Shown here piece after piece: positions 12,055-23,561 of a stretch of 64,000 bases of DNA. Positions within the stretch are counted from its first letter, which is position 1; every line of letters starts with the position of its first letter. The notes under the pieces are model-generated. The model did not search any database, had not been told where the DNA came from, and saw only the letters and a list, made by a program, of their open reading frames with translations. The stretch lies in NCBI GenBank assembly GCA_964016885.1, contig OZ024743.1, positions 371,690,001 to 371,754,000 of the forward strand, given 5' to 3'. The position numbers were made by a program, and so were the translations under genes. Origin of the DNA: Eledone cirrhosa. Lineage: Eukaryota.

Positions 12055-12662
12055 TCAGGTCACCAGTTGGTGCTACTGGCAACATGTATCCCAGTACAAC
12101 CTGTCCCATGGTCGGGTCGTTGGCGACTAAACTGGCAACCCCACCAAGGTTTCTTGGTGAGGAGGGTGACTTTGGACATCCTGCAGGACTAAAAACAAAA
12201 CCTGTCAAAGGGCAAAGGAGCTCTTAAGAGTCAATGGCCAGCCAAAATCACCGGGAGAGATGACCCCTTAGCCTTTGTCAAGGCAGAATTCTAGGAGAAG
12301 GAAAACTCTGATATAACACCTGAAACCCTGATGGTATCCAATGATGTTGACTTGTTCTTCTTTTTGGTAAATATCATCTTGGTTAAGAGAGTGGGACTGG
12401 CTTTGTGCAGTGCCTTTCCTCACTATAAAAGCTTCACGGCACAGGCATTGCTTTATATCTGGAGATCTCTCTGCACTTGTCGTCACATGGTACCATGGGC
12501 CCAGCACTATGTGTCAATAATTGTCACAAGTGTAGTATTTGTACCAGAGTTTTCAAGTCGCTGGCTGGACTAAAAAGTCACACTCGTTCAGCGCATCGGT
12601 AGGGGTTCTCCTACATGGATATAAAGTAGTGGCCGTACTCGAAAACGAGTTGGCAGCCACCA
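12053..12662 (+). mobile_element. Short internally deleted RTE-like non-autonomous element (5' leader plus ORF C-terminus)
   Basis: 12531-12602 translates CSICTRVFKSLAGLKSHTRSAHR* (C2H2 finger typical of some RTE C-termini). 3' hairpin CTCGAAAACGAG. Flanked by (TA)n on both sides. Confidence 0.55.
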
Positions 12663-13077
12663 TATATATATGTATATATATAAATATAAAGATTTACATA
12701 TACACAAACTAGACATATATGTGTTTTGGCAACCATTCACGATGTGGCTCAATGAAGAATTAATAAATTAAATAATCAGAGCAATATACTATAAAGTATG
12801 TCCATAGAATCATTTGATAATATATATACACCATTTCCTCTCCCAATTAGCATAATTAACTACACAAAAAAATCAATTAGACCAGGCTATAAGATTAAAA
12901 GGCACCTATGAAGAAACAGTAGATAAATAAACGACAACAATCTCTTCGCGGCCAACCGCCATAGAATATTTACCCAACATTTCAACAGCATGTGGAAATC
13001 GATTAAATATACCATCAACCATACACAATTAGGTATAAAATTAAAGTTAGAAGAAATGCTCATACACATACCAGGAT

Positions 13078-13163
13078 TATGTCCCTACCCTTGGGTTTCA
13101 TTCGCATTTTGATATATCCTATTAAGGATAAAATCTCGAGCTTTGAACTCATCAGGAGACAAA
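13078..13163 (-). ncRNA. Type I hammerhead ribozyme motif, family B (left arm)
   Basis: Reverse complement reads TGTCTC-CTGATGA-GTTC...GAAT-GAAA-CCCAAGGG-TA-GGGACA. Confidence 0.75.
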
Positions 13164-13551
13164 CTCGTTAGGACAGATTATTTTCTAAAGTGGTCCCCGC
13201 CAGACACAAATTCAAAATGGCTAAGAATTGTGACGTGGAAGTGGTCAAGTCAGAAAGAATGTGATTGGTTGCTAGAAAGCGCAGCCCAATATTGCCCAAA
13301 TTGCATCTCAAACTTATGGGAGATTATATTTAATAATCTCCCAACCTTATGGAAGATTATATTTAATAATCTCCCATAAGGTTGAGATGCAATTTGGTCA
13401 ATATTGGGCTGCACTTTCTAGCAACCAACCCACTCGCCGTAAGCAACCAATCACATTCTTTCTGACTTGACCACTGCCACGTCACAATTCTTTGCCATTT
13501 TGAATTCGTGTCTGGCGGGGACCACTTTAGAAAATAATCTGTCCTAACGAG

Positions 13552-13637
13552 TTTGTCTCCTGATGAGTTCAAAGCTCGAGATTTTATCCTTAATAGGATA
13601 TATCAAAATGCAAACGAAACCCGAGGGTAGGGACATA
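13552..13637 (+). ncRNA. Type I hammerhead ribozyme motif, family B (right arm)
   Basis: TGTCTC-CTGATGA (13560-13566)-long stem II-GAAA (13616-13619)-CCCGAGGG-TA-GGGACA. Confidence 0.75.
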
Positions 13638-14025
13638 ATCCTGGTATGTGTATGAGCATTTCTTCTAACTTTAATTTTATACCTAATTGTGTATGGTTGA
13701 CGGTATATTTAATCGATTTCCACATGCTGTTGGTATGTTGGGTAAATATCCTATAGCTGTTGATCGCGAATAAATTGCAGTCATTAATTTATCTACTATT
13801 TCTTCATAGGTTCCTTTTAATCTTATAGCCTGGTCTAATTGATTTTTTTTGTGTGGTTAATTATGCTAATTGGGAGAGGAAATGGTGTATATATATTATC
13901 AAATGATTCTATGGACATACTTTATAGTATATATATATTTATATATATATATATACACACACACATATATACAGGCTCATGCAAACACACACATATAAAA
14001 ATAAATATACACTCATATACATACA

Positions 14026-14072
<47 letters not shown>

Positions 14073-14399
14073 ACATACCCACAAACCCATACATATATAT
14101 ATACATATATACACACACAATATCCGTACATACACGCATATATATACACATACATACACAAGTATAAAAGTAAGAATACACACACACATACATACATATA
14201 AAAACAAAAACATACACACACATATATGCTTATATATATATATATACGCATACATAGACATGTAGAAACATACACACATACATATTACAAACCATATACA
14301 TTTACACAAATATGCAAGAATACACACGCAATTATAAATAAATACATACAAAAGTGCATACATACATAAACATATATTCATACATATCTATGAATATAT

Positions 14400-16145
14400 T
14401 ATCTGAAAAGTAGAAATGGGGTTCCCGTAAATAAAATAATGAAATGTAAGGGTGTAATGTAGAAAGAGTATAACTAATAGGTAGAAAAAAAGGGGGATAA
14501 GAGTAGTGATAGGGTATGACAAACGATATGTGAATAAAGTGAATATGTGAGTCTTATTGGTTGTAGATAAAGGTTAAAAAAGGGGGAAGAACTGTTCAGG
14601 GTCTCTAAAAGGTTAGGAAGGGTAGACAGAAAGAAGGTGGTCGGTGTATATGTGTTAAAAGTATGACCGAAAAAGGAAACTATATTTATAATTAAAATAA
14701 AATAAAATAAATAAGTGGGAGATAATTGTGTATAAAGGTTGTGGTAAAATGTATGTGTTCATAAAGCGATCTGGGTAGTGAGTGGAAGAGTTAATTTGTA
14801 AAAAGAGGAAGCTCAGGGTGGTTGAGTGTTCATAGATATTTTATACCAGCTGGAAAGGAGATGTTATTTCAGGTGTGGACAACTTCTGAAGATATTAGTT
14901 TTAGAATTGAGGCAAGTAGCAGGATTTTTCAGATTTTGCAGTATTCTGTAATTTTCGGTTATACACTAAGAACATTTCTTTGTGCCTTTCTGGTATTCTT
15001 TTAAGTAGTCTAAAATGGACCAATCAATCGAGTATGGAATCTTGTGTTCTTTTAACTCCCACAATTTATTAGCCAGCACCGTAGATGCTCTTTTGTCTGG
15101 GTGTCTGAAGGAAGCGATGTGCATAGTATCTGATTTTGAATTTATCTTGTGTCATGCCCACATATCACTTACTCCTGGCTGATTGGTTCTTCACAATGGG
15201 TGTCAGTTTGGTCTCATATACGATTGATTTTGTATTGCATTTGCCCTGAAAGGGGCATTCTTCAGGTTTCCTGCAACTACATCCTGGGTTTCCTTTAGTG
15301 ATATTCGTGTTGATAATTTTAGATTTCATGGATGGGCAGCAAGAGTAGCTAATTTTAACTAAATTTCTATTAAATATCTTATTATATCTATGTTGTTGGG
15401 GGAAATGTTTGTCTAGAAGTTCAAGGAATTTTCTTCCTACATTAGTTTTAACTGTTAAAAAGAAAGGAGTAAACCATATAATTTTTCTTTTCCTGTTATT
15501 GTGTTTAGTGGTAGAAGGAGCAGTGGGTATATATTTGATTTGTTCGTTGAAACCACTATTTTTAAGGGCCTTATTATAATAAGGATTTGCTTTATTGAAA
15601 ATATCTATAGAAGGAGATAAGGTAGAGATCCTAAGACTAATATTAGGAATAAGGTTTTTAAATACTATAGGAGGATGGCAAGACTCTTTGTGTATATATT
15701 TCAAATTTTCGTTGGGTTTATGATAGGGTTTGAAAAAAGCAGTAGGTAGGTCAAGATTGATGTTGAGGAAGTTGGTATTAGTTAGGTTCGTATCTCTAGT
15801 AATTTTGAGGTTTAGGTTAGCGAAGGTATTAATTAAGTCTTTACGGAATTTATCAAGGTTATGGCCGTTGGTGGTATGAGAAACTGCCAATCCGTCATCT
15901 CAGTATAAGCCGATATTATGGTTGGGAAATTTCTCTTTAAGAGTGTGGAGGAGGAATAATCCTACTAAATCGCATACGTTGGCGCTGTCGAACGAGCCCA
16001 TCGAGATATCAAAAGGGTTTTCTGGGCTTGATTTTTTAACCCAAGTTTCTTCTTTAGCGAAAAGTAGCGTTTTCCTAGCCTGTAAGATATCATCCTCCTC
16101 TAAATTAGATATATTAATGAAATGTCTAGTGAAATCTAATAAGGA
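14400..16145 (-). mobile_element. Penelope-like element, 5'-truncated and frameshifted (RT plus GIY-YIG)
   Basis: FDISMGSFDSANVCDLVG; NIGLY*DDG (YRDD position); FLNINLDL; SCHPP; CSCRKPEECPFQGKC; IVYE. Confidence 0.85.
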
Positions 16146-16179
16146 TGTATATATGCGTGTGTACATATATATATATATA

Positions 16180-16870
16180 TATACAATTTTTAATTTTTTA
16201 ATTCTTTATTTTCGTGTTTTTGTCTATCTCTGCGTTTATGGATAAGTTGCGCACGTGCGAACGTGCATTTATTTTTATTTTTTCTTGCTTGCCTGCTCAT
16301 TCAGCTACTGAACTGTATGGATGTGAGTGTACGTGTGTGTATATACTATTGTATATGTCTATATATATGTGTGTGTGTGTGCGTGTGTGTATATGTATAT
16401 ATATATATATATATATGTGTGTATATATATACACATATATATATATGTATGTGTGATTGTATGTATGTATATGTGTATGTGTACGTATGTATACGCATGT
16501 GTATATGTACGTGTGTATGTATGTATATACATATATGTGTTTGTATATATATGTATGTGTGCATGTATGTATGTGTATGTGTGTAAGTATAAGCATGGGT
16601 AGATGCTTATATATGTATATGTATATATTTATATATATACATATATATATTTATTAATTTCCCCATTACATTACGTCCGTTATTTTATTTTATATCAGCC
16701 TCGCTTTCAATTGTTCTAGACTTTCTTTTGAAATCCATATCTCACATTCGCTTTAAATAAATTTTCATTCTGACGAACCATTTCAGAGGTCTGTGTCAAG
16801 CGCGTCTATCTTCATGAAACCTTTGGTAAATGGAATAATTGTCTTATGTTGTTTATTACATAACAATATA
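16180..16870 (+). mobile_element. Non-coding interspersed element with a family C hammerhead
   Basis: Inverted homolog of 10830-12012. Confidence 0.7.
16759..16840 (+). ncRNA. Type I hammerhead motif, family C
   Basis: TTTTCATT-CTGACGA (16770-16776)...GAAA (16816-16819)-CCTTTGG-TA-AATGGAAT. Stem II is partly degenerate. Confidence 0.65.
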
Positions 16871-17711
16871 TATACACACACACACACAGACACATATATA
16901 TATAAACAAAGTTATCTTGAAGATAGGGCTGGAAGCGTGAGTGTATTAGAATTAATAGAATAATTAGAAGAACTCAATGCAAGGAAGCTGTTAAAACAGC
17001 AAAATGCGGTCAAAAACAGCTTTGTGTAAAATTTACTTCAAAGGATAGAAATCAGCAGCTAGAAGTGTGTTGGCTCACAGAAGTGATAGGAAGAAAGGAA
17101 AAAAGGATGAAAATGGATGAGACAAAATCATACAAATTTTTTTATATACATCACCAGCTCTTAGATGGACTGTGGTTTCACATGATTTACATATATATAT
17201 GTATACACACACACACATATGCATACGCACACACCTATGTGTGTGTGTATGTGTTCATATAATATACATTATACACAAACATTTTGTTTTGCAAGTAAAT
17301 TTTATCTCTATTCTCTATCTATGTAATATTTTTCAATTTCTCCTGCCAAAATTTGAAAGAATCTTTAATATAAGGATTTCTTTTCATTGTGATGGTCATT
17401 CATTTCATCCTTTATTATCCTGAAGGCAACATTCAGTGACATCATAAGCGACGCAGCATGGCTCTATCTGGTAAATGAAACCAAATCTGATAAGGAATTT
17501 GGTTTACTGTGAAACTTAAACCACCACTGCCACACCATATCATATCACACAGCACCTGCCACAACAGAATCTTTTAAATATGACAAATATTTGAAATATA
17601 TACATAAAACAATTCAAACTTCAATATGTGGATTTGTCTGTTTAATTTTTTTTTCTTCAAACTCATCCCTTACTACCCAGAATATTACCCGTACCCACTA
17701 TTTTATAAAAG

Positions 17712-17954
17712 TCACCATTGTGATATCCAATCAGGACGGTCTTTAAGTTTGTTCTTTGATTGACAATATTGATCACTCTTGCTATGTGGTTCTGATGGGA
17801 TTTCAATACTGACAGCACTTTTACAATTTGGCAATGCTGTAAATGGTCTCTTGCTGTGTGGATATTTTTGGTGTTTAGAACTACAATCCGCCAACTGTTT
17901 ATTTCGTGTCAAATATTTGCTGGATTTAACAGACTGTAGTCGCCTTAGGAAAGC
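17712..17954 (-). CDS. Probable terminal coding exon of a host gene, CFAP97/Hemingway (KIAA1430)-like
   Basis: Polypyrimidine tract plus CTGCAG acceptor at 17956-17955(-). Phase-0 open frame AFLRRLQSVKSSKYLTR...RPDWISQW*. The start resembles the (I/L)LxRLxxVKP end of the KIAA1430 domain. AATAAA at 17416-17411(-). Confidence 0.5.
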   Translation of the reverse strand, partial: AFLRRLQSVKSSKYLTRNKQLADCSSKHQKYPHSKRPFTALPNCKSAVSIEIPSEPHSKSDQYCQSKNKLKDRPDWISQW

Positions 17955-18420
17955 CTGCAGAAGAAAAAAAGAAAGCTATTAATACAAATGGCCAATTATT
18001 TGACTGTTTTTTGTTGGGTGGGCCTAAGCTGCTACAAAGGCTAACATGTATTTTAAAATAAAACCACTAAATGTAAAGTGGTAGTGTTAGTATCATGATC
18101 AAATGCACTCAGTCAACCCTGTAAAGTGGTAGAGTTGGTGTCAGGATAGCGTGGAAGATGGATGTTAAACGAAGATGATGATGATGATACTTAGTAAAGT
18201 ATTTTTTACCAGCGAAGATTCAAAACCGAATTTGAGGTTTCTCGCCTCTGGGACCACCCATTATTGGAAGGTTCCCACCATTGTCCTGTCAAGACAACGA
18301 TGATAACCGTACATACCACTTGACCTGTGACCCCAGCTTCCTGGGGGACGATATCCACATAGCTGATCATAAATCAACCTCATATACACATCCTTCTAAC
18401 TATAGCATTATTATAAATAC

Positions 18421-21400
18421 AAATCGTAGAAATGCTAGAGCGAAAGGAAGTTGATGTATGCTGTGTGCAAGAGACTAGATGGAGAGGAGGGTCTGCTAGA
18501 GTCCTTGTAGGAAAAAGCCAGTGCTACAAATTTTTCTGGGTGGGAAATGACGATGGGATGGGTGGTGTAGGTATACTATTAGCTGACAAGTGGGTAGATA
18601 AAGTAATCTCAGTGTACAGGGTAAATGCAAGAATCATTAAACTCAGACTAGTCCTGAATAAGACAATTACCACAATAATATCAGCTTACGCACCCCAATC
18701 GGGGCTGACAGACGAACTTAAGGATAGGTTTTACGAGTCCCTAATACACACTACTGCTCTAACAGACGACAAGGACTTCCTAATCATTGCAGGAGATTTT
18801 AACGGACACGTAGGTAAACACTGCGACGGCTTCAATAGAGTACATGGAGGCCATGGAGTTGGCACAAGGAATGAGGAAGGATTCAGACTTCTAGAATTCT
18901 GCGACGCCAATGACATGTCGATATGTAACACAAACTTTAAAAAACCCGACAACCACCTGATCACCTATAGATCAGGGGAGCACTCTAGTCAGTTAGATTT
19001 TATCCTCATCAGAGGACGTGACAGATGGACGGTCGTAAACACAAAAGCCTTCCCTAGTGAGGAATGTACATCCCAACATAGCTTAGTTGTCAGCGACCTC
19101 ACGGTCAGAACTAGACGAGCCCTGAAACAGAGGCCAACCTGGAGAAGAAAGATCTGGAAGCTGAAAGTCCCCTCAACCAGTAACAGATTTAAAGATATTT
19201 TACTCAACGCCTACGACAGTAAAGAAGAACAGATAGAGACATTTAACGTAGAAGAGAACTGGGAGTTCCTAAAAAATAACTTACTAGAGGCGACGGATGA
19301 GGTTTGTGGCTGGAGTAAGACCTCAAGCAGGAGGAGAGTGACTTGGTGGTGGAACAATAAGGTAGATGAAGCAGTCAAGGCCAAGAGACAGGCATGGAAA
19401 GAATGGAAGAACGGGGGGAGCAGGGTACATTACATAGAGACCAAGAGGGAAGCTAGGCGACAAGTATACTTAGCTAGGAGGGAAGCAGAGGATAGAAAAT
19501 TCAAGCATGTTTTACAACGTGAGGACCAGAAACAGGAGGTATTCAAGATTGCGAGGCAGTGTGTCAGAGATAGTTGTGATGTCATTGGAGAGAAGTGTAT
19601 CCGGAATGATAAAGGTGAGCTTGCCCTCACAAGTGCTGAGAAGAAAGATGCATGGAAGAGTCATTATGATAGATTACTAAATGAGGAGAATGCATGGGAA
19701 GAAGAGACCCTACCCCACGTAGACCCTATAGAGGGACCAGCAGTACAAGTCAGCGGCAGCGTAGTAAGTAAGGCAATCAGAGATATGAAGATAGGGAAGG
19801 CAACCGGTCCATCGGGTATAGCTGCCGAGATGCTGAAGGCATCTGGGTCTGTAGGTCACACTATAACCACACGTATCGTTAACCAGGTAATACTAGAGGG
19901 GGCCATACCAAAAGATTGGTGCAGTAGCATCATTGTCAACTGCTACAAAGGTAAAGGCGATGCACTAGATAGAGGAAACTATAGAGGTATAAAGTTGATG
20001 GACCAGGTCATGAAAGTAACAGAAAGAGTTATAGCACAGCTGATTAGGGACCGGGTGAATATAGACGAGATGCAATTTGGGTTTGTTCCAGGGAAAGGCA
20101 CCACTGATGCGCTCTTCCTTGTGAGGCAATTACAGGAAAAGTACCTAGCTAAAAGTAAGCCACTCTACTTGGCATTTGTCGACCTTGAGAAAGCCTTTGA
20201 CAGAGTTCCACGTGCAGTAATCTGGTGGGCTCTTAGAAAACTAGGAGTAGATGAATGGCTTGTGAAAGCGGTACAAGCCATGTATAGGGGAGCAGTCAGC
20301 AAAGTTAGGATTGGCAATGAGTATAGCGAGGAATTTAGCGTACAGGTTGGGGTCCACCAGGGCTCTGTTCTTAGCCCTCTCCTGTTCATCATAGTCCTGC
20401 AGGCAATAACGGAGGAGTTTAAGACCGGATGCCCATGGGAACTCCTGTATGCTGATGACCTCGCACTCATAGCTGAATCTATGGTAGAACTAGAGAATAA
20501 ATTCCAAACCTGGAAGCAGGGACTAGAGAGAAAGGGCCTCAAAGTCAACATGACAAAGACTAAGGTCCTTATAAATAGACGAGAAAACAGAACCCAGATC
20601 CCCTCAGGGAAATGGCCTTGCTCAGTATGTAGGAAAGGTGTAGGTAGGAACTCCATTCTTTGCCCCAAATGCAAACAATGGGTACACAAGAGATGTAGCG
20701 GGATCTCAGGAAGCTTAATTAAGAATGTAGGATTCACATGCAGCAGCTGTGCTGAAACAGCAAGCAAACAGCCACAGGAAACAAGTACCACCAATCTCTG
20801 GGAGGGCCCTGTAGAAACAGTAGACAGCTTCTGCTACCTAGGTGACCGAATTAGCAACGGAGGTGGGTGCTCAGAAAGTACAATAACTAGGGTAAGAACG
20901 GGATGGAAGAAGTTTAGGGAACTACTACCACTGCTAGCTGCAAAAGGCTTCTCCCTCAGAATGAAAGGCAGACTGTATGATCCGTGTATCCGAACAGCGA
21001 TGTTGCATGGTAGTGAGACCTGGGCGCTGAAGGTGGAAGACTTACGTAGATTAGAGAGAAACGAAGCCTGCATGCTCCGATGGATGTGTAACAGTAATAT
21101 ACGTGAACGACAAAGCATAAATGAATTGAGAGAGAGACTGAGCATAAGAGGAATCAAATGCTGCGTGCAGGAGAGGCGGTTACGCTGGTATGGACATGTG
21201 ATGCGTATGAAAGATGACAGCTGCATAAAAAGGTGCAGAGCACTAGAAGTTGATGGAAACCGCGGAGTGGGGAGACCCAAGATGACTTGGGATGAGGTGA
21301 TAAAAGCCGACCTTACCCAACTACACCTCTCAAAGTCAATGACACACGACCGTGACTTCTGGCGTCACGCAGTAATACAGGGTACCCGACCTCCCATGGG

Positions 21401-21712
21401 TACATGCTGAAGCATATAAACAATATGCCCCCCCCCCCACCGCAAGGTGGTCGTGGAGGTGCCACGGCAAAAAAAAGCACCCAGCCCACACTGTAAAGTG
21501 GACGTGTAGGCGCCACGAAAAAGCACCCAGCACTCACTGTAAATGAGGTTGGTGTTAGGAAGGGCATCCAGCTGTAGAAATCAAGCCAGATCAGTTCCTG
21601 TATGAGCAAGGCATGGTCAGCCGACCAGACACTGCCCACAACAGGACAACCCGTCTAACCCATGCTAGCGTGGAAGAACGGACGTAAAACGGTGATGATG
21701 ATGATGATGATG
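18421..21712 (+). mobile_element. RTE-clade LINE subfamily A, slightly 5'-truncated
   Basis: 992-aa ORF, 3'UTR and (GAT)n tail; lacks the first TxNV endonuclease strand. Confidence 0.95.
18432..21410 (+). CDS. RTE ORF: APE endonuclease, reverse transcriptase and internal PHD-type finger
   Basis: VQET, SAYAP, GDFN, LDF, SQH; NYRGI, QFGF, FVDLEKAFD, GVHQGSVLSP, YADD, FCYLG. Confidence 0.93.
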   Translation: MLERKEVDVCCVQETRWRGGSARVLVGKSQCYKFFWVGNDDGMGGVGILLADKWVDKVISVYRVNARIIKLRLVLNKTITTIISAYAPQSGLTDELKDRFYESLIHTTALTDDKDFLIIAGDFNGHVGKHCDGFNRVHGGHGVGTRNEEGFRLLEFCDANDMSICNTNFKKPDNHLITYRSGEHSSQLDFILIRGRDRWTVVNTKAFPSEECTSQHSLVVSDLTVRTRRALKQRPTWRRKIWKLKVPSTSNRFKDILLNAYDSKEEQIETFNVEENWEFLKNNLLEATDEVCGWSKTSSRRRVTWWWNNKVDEAVKAKRQAWKEWKNGGSRVHYIETKREARRQVYLARREAEDRKFKHVLQREDQKQEVFKIARQCVRDSCDVIGEKCIRNDKGELALTSAEKKDAWKSHYDRLLNEENAWEEETLPHVDPIEGPAVQVSGSVVSKAIRDMKIGKATGPSGIAAEMLKASGSVGHTITTRIVNQVILEGAIPKDWCSSIIVNCYKGKGDALDRGNYRGIKLMDQVMKVTERVIAQLIRDRVNIDEMQFGFVPGKGTTDALFLVRQLQEKYLAKSKPLYLAFVDLEKAFDRVPRAVIWWALRKLGVDEWLVKAVQAMYRGAVSKVRIGNEYSEEFSVQVGVHQGSVLSPLLFIIVLQAITEEFKTGCPWELLYADDLALIAESMVELENKFQTWKQGLERKGLKVNMTKTKVLINRRENRTQIPSGKWPCSVCRKGVGRNSILCPKCKQWVHKRCSGISGSLIKNVGFTCSSCAETASKQPQETSTTNLWEGPVETVDSFCYLGDRISNGGGCSESTITRVRTGWKKFRELLPLLAAKGFSLRMKGRLYDPCIRTAMLHGSETWALKVEDLRRLERNEACMLRWMCNSNIRERQSINELRERLSIRGIKCCVQERRLRWYGHVMRMKDDSCIKRCRALEVDGNRGVGRPKMTWDEVIKADLTQLHLSKSMTHDRDFWRHAVIQGTRPPMGTC

Positions 21713-22851
21713 ACAAGGACTTAAGGAATCCAGCAGCCAGAGAGACTGAAGCAAGCAGTCCATGTTAAGGTTAACGATGTAGCTGACCTTTTACCCTTTC
21801 TCTCTCCTGGCCTTACTGGCTTTCATCTTCTTGGCCACAGACAGACATGAAGCAGCAGTCCTTGAGATGAATAACATATTCTAAGAATAGACACACACAC
21901 ATAGTAAGTTTCATCTATTCTTCCATCTTCTTGTTGAATCACTTATATTGTATCGTCGTGTTGATACATGCATGCACACTAGCTCGAAGTAGCTAGCCAG
22001 CAAATTAATATAACGATATATTCTGTCACATAGTTATTGTAAAATAAACATTGTCAACATCACAATCATGGCATTATTCTTCTCATCAAACACCCATCAA
22101 AGAATAACATTTACCCGCTACACATCTATTTCATCAGCTTTTGTACCTCTTTGTACTACTGGTAGTATTTGTCTAAAATCACCAGCTAGTAAAACAGTAA
22201 TACTACCAAAAGGTAAATTATTCTTTTTAATCTCTTTCAATGTTTGATCAACAGCCTCTAAAATCTTTTTGTGTGACATTGTAACTTCATCCCATACTAA
22301 TAAATTACAATTTTCTAAGGTTATCCAAATTCGACTATTTTTTCTAATTGATGTGAATTCATCAACTATTGATGAGGAAAATAGTAATTTAAACATTGAA
22401 TGTGCTGCTCTTTTATTATCTATTAAAGTTGTTGCTATTCCTGAAGATAAACTACTATATTAATATAACCATTTTATTGTTTGCTAGTAAAAGATTGATC
22501 AAAAATGTTTTTCCAGTTTCCACCTGGAACATCTAAAAAGTATAATCTTTGTTCATTTCTATTGGTTATTGTGTCATTGATTGTAGCATAAATGTCTTTC
22601 TTCTTCATTCCACAATGGTTCATTCATATCTACAAAGGTTCTTATTTCTAAGTGCTCATTTACTCTTTCAATATTGTTTACTTCTAGTTCTTCATAAATT
22701 GGTTCAGGTAGTCCTATTTCATATAAAAAAGCTGAGTTTGTGTAAAAGTTCACGCTGTAATATTTCTTCATCATTTATTTTTTCTTGTTGATTGATTGTC
22801 AATCAATTTAGAATATCAAATGACATTGGTTGTTTAAATTCTTCATATAAT

Positions 22852-23036
22852 TGTTTCTACTTTTGGCACAAGGCCAGCAATTATCCCAGTGTATTACTGG
22901 TACTTTATTTTATTGACCCCATAAGGATGAAAGGTAAAGTTAACCTCGACGGGATTTGAACTCAGACCATAAAGGGCCATAACACTTTGCTGCAAAGCAT
23001 GGCGTCAGACCCTCTACCGATACTGCCAATCCACCA
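22852..23036 (-). mobile_element. tRNA-derived SINE family 2
   Basis: A-box-like TGGCAGTATCGG, B-box GTTCAAATC and central CCTTTCATCCTTATGGGGTCAATAAAATAAAGTACC. Homologs at 28800-28985(-), 25190-25313(+) and 40840-40965(+). Confidence 0.75.
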
Positions 23037-23561
23037 AATTCTTTATATAATGCTACAGGATCAGAAGGATTGCAATGAATTAGAATTAATGTAAATAAGT
23101 ATCTCACCTGGCATGGCAGTTTGGTAGAAAGTTTCTCTAAGTGCTAGTTTTAGATGATTGTCATCATCTAACAACCCCCTTGCTAAACATGCTTCTCTAA
23201 ATGTATTATAGACAATACCCTCTTACGTCTCTGAAAGGTTTTGGACCTCTAACTACGTTCAGCAATAATCTCAGACAATAGCATTCTGTTTGATTAGGTG
23301 GTACAGTGTAAATTCTAGAAGATGTTTGCACAAATTCAATCTTCTTTTCCATGTTTTATAGGCAGTAAGGGTATAATGAGTTGAAATTCCCTTGTATAAG
23401 AAACTTCTTGCATATTCGTCAGTTTCGTTCAATTTGAATAATGAAATTAAAGTTATATTTTGGGGATTTCTAATTTTACTTTCAACATTATTGCTGGTAA
23501 AGTACACTCTTTGGCCATTTTCAAAAAGTATATCCAATTGTTGAACAGCTGAGTATCACAT

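Larger units (their letters stand above)
12786..13931. repeat. ~1.15-kb foldback palindrome (two ~550-bp inverted arms)
   Basis: 12786-13320 is the reverse complement of 13370-13931 with scattered mismatches. Mirror ORFs at 13143(+) and 13572(-) are nearly identical. Confidence 0.95.

Noticed and set aside
12053-12145. HDV-like ribozyme in the RTE-like leader
   Set aside because: P2 and P4-like pieces are present, but I could not build P1/P3/L3 with the required topology by eye.
13143-13572. Two mirror ORFs MNSSGDKLVRTDYF...
   Set aside because: A by-product of the palindrome: TTG starts, no recognisable domain, and antisense to the hammerheads.
18731-21280. Antisense ORFs within the RTE copies
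   Set aside because: Shadow frames of the LINE ORF with no independent motifs.
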